Assembly: GCA_030141605.1 (NCBI GenBank)
Contig: JAQGDQ010001480.1
Span: forward strand, 1-38,749
Direction: 5' to 3'
Source: Tubiluchus corallicola
Lineage: Eukaryota > Animalia > Priapulida
DNA length: 38,749 nucleotides
The position numbers were made by a program, and so were the translations under genes. The notes beneath the pieces are model-generated. The model made no database searches. It was not told the DNA's origin and saw only the letters and a list, made by a program, of their open reading frames with translations. This document shows, one piece after another, positions 29,773 through 38,749 of the stretch (its first letter is position 1; each line of letters begins with the position of its first letter).

Positions 29773-30664
29773 GAAATTAATTCTTCTTCTCACCTGTGCG
29801 AGTTTTCTATATACTGACAGAGGCGTAGGAGGTGGGTGGGTGGGGGGTGGCGGGTTATGGGGGGTGTTGTCGGGGGTTAAACTTTCCTGGGTACATGAAT
29901 TGCACGTTTTCAGGGCAAATAATTCCGTTTTAAAACTTAAAAATTTAAGATTTCAATATTTAAAAATCACATTAAGCCTACTTCTTTTTCCTGCCTATAA
30001 TTAAAGTGTTTGCATAATTACCATATTCGCCAACAGAGTGCAGCACACTGTAGTGGTAACAATATTGTCTGTTTTTATTGTGCGCACGCGCATTTGCTGC
30101 AGCTAAAACATTCAGTGTACCACAGCAACGCATCTTAACAACAACTGTCACGTGACGTATGGGTAAAGCAGAGCTGTTTGCTGCATCAGTTCAGTAACTT
30201 CAATTGTTTTACGTAGACTTTACTTAATTATGCATTAGTCTGTGCATAGAGTGATTTACTAGCAGGATCTTGCTTGGGAACAAGAAAAAATGAACTAGGT
30301 AAGGTTCTAGCTAGCTGACAAAACTGTTACTATTACACTAGCATGGGCTGCGAGGCGTTGTCAAGTGTACACAAATGCGTTCTCTGGTACACTTAACCTT
30401 TGACCTTTTCACAATCATCATCAATCGCTGGAACTGTGAAAAGGCTTATTGTTATGATTATCTACATGTTTCCTATTGAAAGATTAATACTAATTTGAGA
30501 ATTGCTTGTCTGCATCATCAAACTTTTGTCTTTCAGTTCACGTGTACTACTTCGATAAGAAGCCAAACAAGACAAAAATGCCAAGCAAATGATTGTCAGT
30601 ATGGCTTCTGCAAATGTGGATGCGGCGACCACAGGTAAGTGAAGCCATGTTATGCATTTAAGAA

Positions 30665-32266
30665 CAGCAGCAACCACTACGCCTGAAAATTTCTATTCAA
30701 ATGTAGTATATTTTAAATTTTTGCTTTATAAGCAGTTCTTTGCAAATTTCGTTGTTATATTTTTCCAAGTTTAAGTGACAACAGTAAAATAAACGCATCA
30801 TACTGAGTGACTTGTTTTTTCATTTAACACACCACAAACAGTTTAAGTGATAACAGTAAAATAAACCCAACATACTGAGTGACTTGTTCTTTCCTTTAGC
30901 ACACCACAAATAGTTTAAGTGATAACAGTAAAATAAACCCAACATGCTGAGTGACTTGTTCTTTCCTTTAGCACACCACAAACAGTTTAAGTGATAACAG
31001 TAAAATAAACCCATCATACTGAGTGACTTGTTTTTTCATTTAACACACCACAAACAGTTTAAGTGATAACAGTAAAATAAACCCAACATACTGAGTGATT
31101 TGTTCTTTCCTTTAGCACACCACAAATAGTTTAAGTGATAACAGTAAAATGAACCCAACATGCTGAGTGATTTGTTCTTTCCTTTTGCACACCACAAACA
31201 GTTCAAGTGATAACGGTAAAATAAACCCAACATGCTGAGTGACTTGTTCTTTCCTTTAGCACACCACAAGCAGTTTAAGTGATAACAGTAAAATAAACGC
31301 AACATACTGAGTGACTTGTTCTTTCCTTTAGCACACCACAAACAGTTTAAGTGATAACAGTAAAATAAACCCAACATGCTGAGTGACTTGTTCTTTCCTT
31401 TAGCATACCACAAACAGTTTAAGTGATAACAGTAAAATAAACCCAACATACTGAGTGACTTGTTCTTTCCTTTAGCACACCACAAACAGTTTAAGTGATA
31501 ACAGTAAAATAAACCCAACATACTGAGTGATTTGTTCTTTCCTTTAGCACACCACAAATAGTTTAAGTGATAACAGTAAAATGAACCCAACATGCTGAGT
31601 GATTTGTTCTTTCCTTTTGCACACCGCAAACAGTTCAAGTGATAACGGTAAAATAAACCCAACATGCTGAGTGACTTGTTCTTTCCTTTAGCACACCACA
31701 AGCAGTTTAAGTGATAACAGTAAAATAAACGCAACATACTGAATGACTTGTTCTTTCCTTTAGCACACCACAAACAGTTTAAGAGATAACAGTAAAATAA
31801 ACCCAACATACTGAGTGACTTGTTCTTTCCTCTAGCACACCACAAACAGTTTAAAAGATAACAGTAAAATAAATCCAACACACTGAGTGACTTGTTCTTT
31901 CCTTTACCACACCACAAACAGTTTAAGAGATAACAGTAAAATAAACCCAACATACTGAGCGACTTGTTCTTTCCTCTAGCACACCACAAACAGTTTAAGA
32001 GATAACAGTAAAATAAATCCAACACACTGAGTGACTTGTTCTTTCCTTTACCACACCACAAACAGTTTAAGTGATAACAGTAAAATAAACCCAACATACC
32101 GAATGACTTGTTCTTTCCTTTAGCACACCACAAACAGTTTAAGAGATAACAGGAAAATAAACCCAACATACTGAGTGACTTGTTCTTTCCTGTAGCACAC
32201 CACAAACAGTTTAAGAGATAACAGTAAAATAAATCCAACACACTGAGTAACTTGTTCTCTCGTTTA
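30665..32266. repeat. 3' part of the TTAA MITE (30665-30826) whose right terminus is amplified as a 72-bp array of ~21 copies (30768-32266)
   Basis: 30665-30826 aligns with 9095-9254. The unit is AGTTTAAGTGATAACAGTAAAATAAACCCAACATACTGAGTGACTTGTTCTTTCCTTTAG plus CACACCACAAAC. Confidence 0.92.
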
Positions 32267-32762
32267 AAGCTAATGAAGTATTTTCAGTATTCTTCACTGT
32301 AACACAACCCCATCAATAACCCTGCGCCACGCTTCATTGACCACAATGAAAGAAGTTTCAAAATTAGAAACGCACAGAAATAAATCAGCGTGTCGTGAAA
32401 CCCGTAATGAGTCTTTCCTACAGTTTGAATACACTGCACCCGGCACTGCATCTAATTGAACTTGGTTGTTACAGGACCGGTACCTAGTTCGTTGTTAAGA
32501 GCGAGTATTCAGAATGGGTTGTCTCAGTTTATCAGCAGGCCTAATTTTTTATGGTCACATTATTCAGAATGGTTTGTCTGAAATTGCCAGTAATTTAGTA
32601 ATTTTTATTCTAACTCTTTTGCTTCTTCAATGTTATTTTTATTTTGCAGGTAACGCCACACACCGGCCTTCACCGGAAGCTGCGCGTAAGTACCGCTTTA
32701 ACTATTTTTCTGTAAACTTGAACACAGCTCAAGTTGGTATTCAGTAGGTAAAGACTCAGTTA

Positions 32763-33507
32763 AGCCCATTTCACACTGAGGACTCAAGGAAAAATGAGGC
32801 ACGGAATGTTTTCATGAAGTCAGAAAATATTTAGAAAATTTCCGATTTTTCTTGAAATTCTATGCAGTAAGAAAGTTCATTTCATTTCACAGTGAAACCT
32901 CGCGGTTTTTTTCAGGCGTTCCGGTTAGCAGCAGCCACTTTGCGAGTTTTTATACTGTATAACTAGGTCTAAATTAAGTTATACTTGCCATATTTCTCAT
33001 ATACAAAGTTTAATTAATAATGTTAGTCAATGTAATGTGAGAACTGATTGTTTTTTTAGCAAAGTTCTACTAATCACTTCAAAATCTGAAAATATACGTA
33101 TATAAATTAAATATGTACGTTTATTATTATTATTTTGCATGAATATAACTATCGATGTTGCATTAATAGAACATAAAATCATCAGACTGTTAAAATAGAG
33201 ATTAAATCTTATAATTATATGCTAAAATGTGTTAATTGTTGTTCGTTAAATAAGAAAGAAGTAATTGAGTAGTTAAATTTAAGACTGAATTCCGCGAGGA
33301 TGGAGTACAGTATTCCTATCACGTGGCAAAATTCCTCACGAGGAGGACGCATAGCTTCTAGCTGACAGCAGAATTCATCACGAGGAAGTTTGCCTCGCGT
33401 CCTCGCTGTGAAATGCGTCATAAAAAACAATGTATTTCATTTTCGTGAGGAATGACGCAAGGAATTTCTCCTCGAGGAATTTTGCCGTCTTCAGTGTGAA
33501 ATGGGCC
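32763..33507. mobile_element. PIF/Harbinger-like MITE, 745 bp
   Basis: TIRs AGCCCATTTCACACTGA / TCAGTGTGAAATGGGCC (16/17 match), with TTA on both sides (32760-32762 and 33508-33510). A 3-bp TWA duplication is typical of Harbinger. Confidence 0.85.
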
Positions 33508-34529
33508 TTAGTGTGAATGTTTGTGAGGAAACGGATCCCATCTTAAACTATTGCTCAAACGAATCTGATTAAATATTGAAATCAACGGATTGACTGCATT
33601 AAATTTCAATTACGGCGTAATTAATTCTAATTTAAAGCATTAAAATTAATTTCAAAGTTTCATTATAACTTTATAAATATTTAATAATAAAGTTGAAATC
33701 ATTGTTTACTTCACAGTATAATGTCAAATGAAAACCGGACGATTGTGTAAACATTAGTTCAAAATAAAGTATTCTTTAAAATACTGAAAACTACAATAAC
33801 TTTTTTTAAAATAAAAACGGAGATTATTCAAAAATTACCTCGGATAGTTAAATTTTGTTAAACTTTCAAAGCTATACGCGGCTCAGCGAATCCATTAAGA
33901 CTGGCCACGGTGCTTTTTGTCACATTCGCGCGGCCGACAAATATGTGCTGTACCGTGATAAGTGTTACCATCAACTCCAGTGTTCATCTTTGACATCAGT
34001 GTGACGTAGAGCTCATTTTCGTGACTTCACATCAACGTCTTATAGCAGCTTTCCCTTATGCAAACATGCTTGACGCACGGGGAAGATGTCTACAAGTGTA
34101 CAATCTGTGGTTAGTTTGTGACGTAAGCGACAACTGTGTTCGGTTCCGGTTAATTGACTTTCCAAGGCAGTTATTCAAATATTAAAAAAATTGCTAACTT
34201 TTATAGACAAGAAAATGTATATTTTGGATAGTAAATTAAAATGAGATTGAGTCTAAATAATCGTTCGTTTTTCCTTTAATTTTGTAAATATTTCATCAAT
34301 CTCACAATTATGTTTCCTGTAATTTGAGACAGATTGAAAGTCGCCGTTTGCACGTGCTATAACTAACGTTGACGTACACACGTTTAATAATCTTACAATT
34401 TGTTCTGATTGGAGGAAATCATAAAGTAATCTGATTGGTTCATAATTTTGTAACTCCTGCCGGACGCGTACTAACCCTTGCTGAATATTTACTACCAGAA
34501 AAAAATTAAAAAAAGGCTGCACAATTATT

Positions 34530-35010
34530 ACTGCAAAAACATTTCTGCAAAAACTTAATTAACGTTTAATGACATCACAAACTAACATTTTCAGCAGCAA
34601 AAATATTCCACGAGCGTGTTGCACGTGTTTACAAAAGTGAAAATTGAAGTGCAGTGCTACTGTAAAGTGTTCAGTGTGTTGCACTAAAACTAGGCAAGTT
34701 TTAAGATAAAATTCAAATTTTGAATTTATCGCTGTGTTCACGCATGAGCTGTCGAACGTGTCTCGTCACAAACTAGCACATCCGAACTGAGAGGCACAGC
34801 ACCTGTTTTTTGTGCAATGCGTTTGCGATACTCAGGGGCTAGTGCCCGTGTAACTAGCAAATGGCGAAATATATGTAACAGTGAAGAACTAGTGGCGCGA
34901 ACGCGAAATCGTGTTTGACTGGTAATAATTCTTTTACGTAAGTCATTCTTGAAAAAAATGGTGTGTTTCCTTTCAACATTTTAAAGAGTAGATTGTTTTG
35001 ACCTACAGTT
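34530..35010. repeat. Interspersed repeat, copy 2 (related to 19425-19880)
   Basis: The same conserved blocks occur in the same orientation. Confidence 0.75.
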
Positions 35011-35357
35011 TAAGATCGGGTGTATATTGTCACTAGTCCTGCTAGGCTAGTACACGTTTGTGGACAAAAACCTTCCAGAAATAAAGAAAATATTCCGAGA
35101 TTGTGCAAATGGCAAGTCGATCTAGCTAAGAGCTTTCTCAAGTCGAACGTAACGCAATTATCCACGAGCTTAAGTTGCAGGAAAATGGGTCGGCAACTCC
35201 CCCGGCTATAACTCAATGACTGACCCTATTAAATTTATATACAGGTGGCTTCTTTTCTACATTAGGAAGCCATGTATGGTGAGAAATTGACGCATAAGAC
35301 ACGTGTTGATTCACAGGTTTATTATCTCTTAATAACGACAACGAATAATACTAGCGA

Positions 35358-35517
35358 TTAAAGAAAAGGTCAAGCCTTTTAGGAGGTTAGGCTTATTTCA
35401 ATGTTCGCGAAAAATGTTAGAAGGATTTAGTAATAAAACTGCAATAAGCGTCTCGTGTAACGAGTAAAATCACTTTAATGCCGTGATCACTTCATGTTTG
35501 GATGCTCCCATTTTCAA
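35358..35517. mobile_element. Left-end fragment of the TTAA MITE abutting the LINE remnant
   Basis: TTAAAGAAAAGGTCAAGCCTTTTAGG... is colinear with 8691-8850. Confidence 0.85.
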
Positions 35518-35640
35518 CAAGGTTTATATTGTCCAAATTACCGACCGTCAACATATCATTACTGGCAATTTCTACACCTTTTGTAATCTTTAAAAACAAT
35601 TTAACTTTTGTTATGTGATTAGCCAAAAATGTTTTAAAGT

Positions 35641-36684
35641 ATTGCCCCAAATTACGCAGGTGATCAATAAGTTGAATTTCACACCTAACTACATCATCCT
35701 CTGGTTTATCTAATGCTTTCATTAGCCCAGATTACGCAGGTGATCAATAAGTTGAATTTCACACCTAACTACATCATCCTCTGGTTTATCTAATGCTTTC
35801 ATTGGTCCAGATTATGCAGCTGATGAATAAGTTGAATTTCACACCTAACTATATCATCCTCTGGTTTATCTAATGCTTTCATTGGCCCAGATTATGCAGC
35901 TGATCAGTAAGTTGAATTTCACACCTAACTACATCATCCTCTGGTTTATCTAATGCTTTCATTGGCCCAAATTATGCAGCTGATGAATAAGTTGAATTTC
36001 ACACCTAACTACATCATCCTCTGGTTTATCTAATGCTTTCATTGGCCCAGATTATGCAGCTGATGAATAAGTTGAATTTCACACCTAACTACATCATCCT
36101 GTGGTTTATCTAATGCTTTCATTGGCCCAGATTATGCAGCTGATGAATAAGTTGAATTTCACACCTAACTACACCATCCTTTGGTTAATCTGACGCTTTC
36201 ATTGGTCCAGATTATGCAGCTGATGAATAAGTTGAATTTCACACCTAACTACATAATCCTCTGGTTTACCTAACGCTTTCATTGGTCCAGAGTACGCAGA
36301 TAATGAATAAGTTGAATTTCACACCTAACTACATCATCCTCTGGTTTATCTAATGCTTTCATTGGCCCAGATTATGCAGCTGATCAGTAAGTTGAATTTC
36401 ACACCTAACTACATTATCCTCTGGTTTATCTAATGCTTTCATTGGCCCAGATTATGCAGCTGATGAATAAGTTGAATTTCACACCTAACTACATCATCCT
36501 CTGGTTTATCTAACGCTTTCATTGGTCCAGAGTACGCAGATGATGAATAAGTTGAATTTCACACCTAACTACATCATCTTCTGGTTTATCTAATGCTTTC
36601 ATTGGCCCAGATTCGCAGGTGATCAATAAGTTGAATTTCACACTTAACTACATCATCCTCTGGTTTTATCTAATGCTTTCATTA
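35641..36684. repeat. 80-bp tandem array (13 copies) amplified from LINE ORF2 sequence
   Basis: Units start at 35651, 35731 ... 36611. Confidence 0.96.
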
Positions 36685-37223
36685 AAAATTTGCTGACAAT
36701 AGACGAGAACTGTAAATCGATTGGGGGTAAACCACATATTAATTCTGATTCAGTTTTAGGCGGATTGTATTTAACACCAACGGCTGTTTTGTGTATATCA
36801 TATATAAGGTCGTCGAAAGTCTGTATTTTTGAATCTAGCCAGGATGTAGCGGCGTACAATAACGTTGGCAAAACAGTGATTTTAGCTAAAGCAACGATCG
36901 TGGCCATCTTTAATCCTTTATATTTAAAACATAATTTTTTTGATTTTAAGTCATTTATTCCAGGCTTTCTGTCTCGTAGTAGTTACGTGCGCCTCAAATT
37001 TAAGTTCATTATCAACATTTACTCCTAATACATTAAATCTATTCACATATTTAATTTGTTCATTTCCAAACATTAGATTTGGGGGGGGGGGGGGTTGGCT
37101 CGTATTTTAACTTCAATGAGTTTTTGCACATTATGGCTTCTGTTTTATTCTCAGTGCAGTTAATATTCATATGCCACATGTTACACCACTTAAACAAATT
37201 ATCACATTGCTATTGTGATGCTC

Positions 37224-38158
37224 TATAAGCCTCATTCATCGTGTTGCCTGCTGCTAGAAATATGCTGTCGTCAACATATTTAAATTTATGAAAGTTATCT
37301 GTCTCAATTGTTTGCAACATAACCGAAACATAGAGCACAAATAAAATTGGGGACAGCACAGTACCTTGGGGTAACCCTGTATAAGCCTCATTCATTGTGC
37401 TGCCTGCTGCTAGAAATGTGCTGTCGTCAACATATTTAAATTTATGAAAGTTATCTGTCTCAATTGTTTGCAACATAACCGAAACATAGAGCACAAATAA
37501 AATTGGGGACAGCACAGTACCTTGGGGTAACCCTGTATAAGCCTCATTCATTGTGCTGCCTGCTGCTAGAAATGTGCTGTCGTCGGCATATTTAAATTTA
37601 TGAAAGTTATCTGTCTCAATTGTTTGCAACATAACCGAAACATAGAGCACAAATAAAATTGAGGACAGCACAGTACCTTGGGGTAACCCTGTATAAGACT
37701 CATTCATTGTGCTGCCTGCTGCTAGAAATGTGCTGTCGTCGGCATATTTAAATTTATGAAAGTTATCTGTCTCAATTGTTTACAACATAACCGAAACATA
37801 GAGCACAAATAAAATTGGGGACAGCACAGTACCTTGGGGTAACCCTGTATAAGCCTCATTCATTGTGCTGCCTGCTGCTAGAAATGTGCTGTCGTCGGCA
37901 TATTTAAATTTATGAAAGTTATCTGTCTCAATTTTTTGCAACATAACCGAAACATAGAGCACAAATAAAATTGAGGACAGCACAGTACCTTGGGGTAACC
38001 CTGTATAAGCCTCATTCATTGTGTTGCCTGCTGCTAGAAATGTGCTGTCGTCGGCATATTTAAATTTATGAAAGTTATCTGGCTCAATTGTTTGCAACAT
38101 AACCGAAACATATAACACAAATAAAATTGGGGACATCACAGTACCTTGGGGTAACCCC
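37224..38158. repeat. 156-bp (52-codon) tandem array, 6 copies of the RT QG-to-YADD segment
   Basis: ATAAGCC/ATAAGAC recurs at 37225, 37381, 37537, 37693, 37849 and 38005. Confidence 0.97.
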
Positions 38159-38488
38159 ATCTGACAAGAGTATTTGTTCGACAGGTGATTATTAACTTTT
38201 AAACAAATTCTACGGTCTCTTAGAAATGCTACACCGAGGTCTAACATACTGCCCCGTGAGCCTTCGTCATAGAACTTCCAGATTAAATAGTCTAACTACA
38301 CGCTGTCGAATGCTTTTTTAAAGTCGCAAAACACCACAATGCAGTATTCTCCTCCATTAATTTACTTTGCAGTTTTGAAATTAGCCTCGTCAGATATCGG
38401 GTTGTACTACCCCCTGGTCGAAATCCTACTTGCTGCACGTCTAACAAGTTGTTTTTGCTAAGAAAGAGTCACAATCTGCTTGAGAGAA

Positions 38489-38749
<261 letters not shown>

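Noticed and set aside
31036-32241. 401-aa Cys-rich ORF made of 24-aa repeats
   Set aside because: It is a by-product of a stop-free 72-bp unit derived from a MITE end, with no unique coding sequence.

Overview
AT-rich invertebrate-animal-like genomic DNA with spliceosomal GT-AG introns and no prokaryotic features. Two recognisable loci are present. (1) The first two coding exons of a junctophilin (MORN-repeat) gene lie on the minus strand (15876-16284 and 175-994), separated by a 14.9-kb intron, and the gene continues off the left edge. (2) A divergently oriented, intron-containing alpha-tubulin on the plus strand (22928-25165) carries a frameshift, a 38-codon loss covering the GGGTGSG motif and a premature stop, so it is probably an unprocessed pseudogene. 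By my rough tally about 40% of the window is tandem repeat, with many unrelated units of 17-156 bp. Several arrays are clearly amplified from pre-existing transposon sequence, including six in-frame copies of a LINE reverse-transcriptase QG-YADD segment and about 21 copies of a TTAA-MITE terminus. TTAA/AGG (Kolobok/T2-like) MITEs, a Harbinger-like MITE and LINE remnants are also present. The most intriguing observations are a ~76-nt fold-back behind the tubulin pseudogene whose 5' arm is antisense to conserved alpha-tubulin coding sequence, the pervasive local tandem amplification, and an intronic array of 14 co-oriented CTCF-like motifs. All functional interpretations are untested inference, and one stretch looks like a base-calling artefact.
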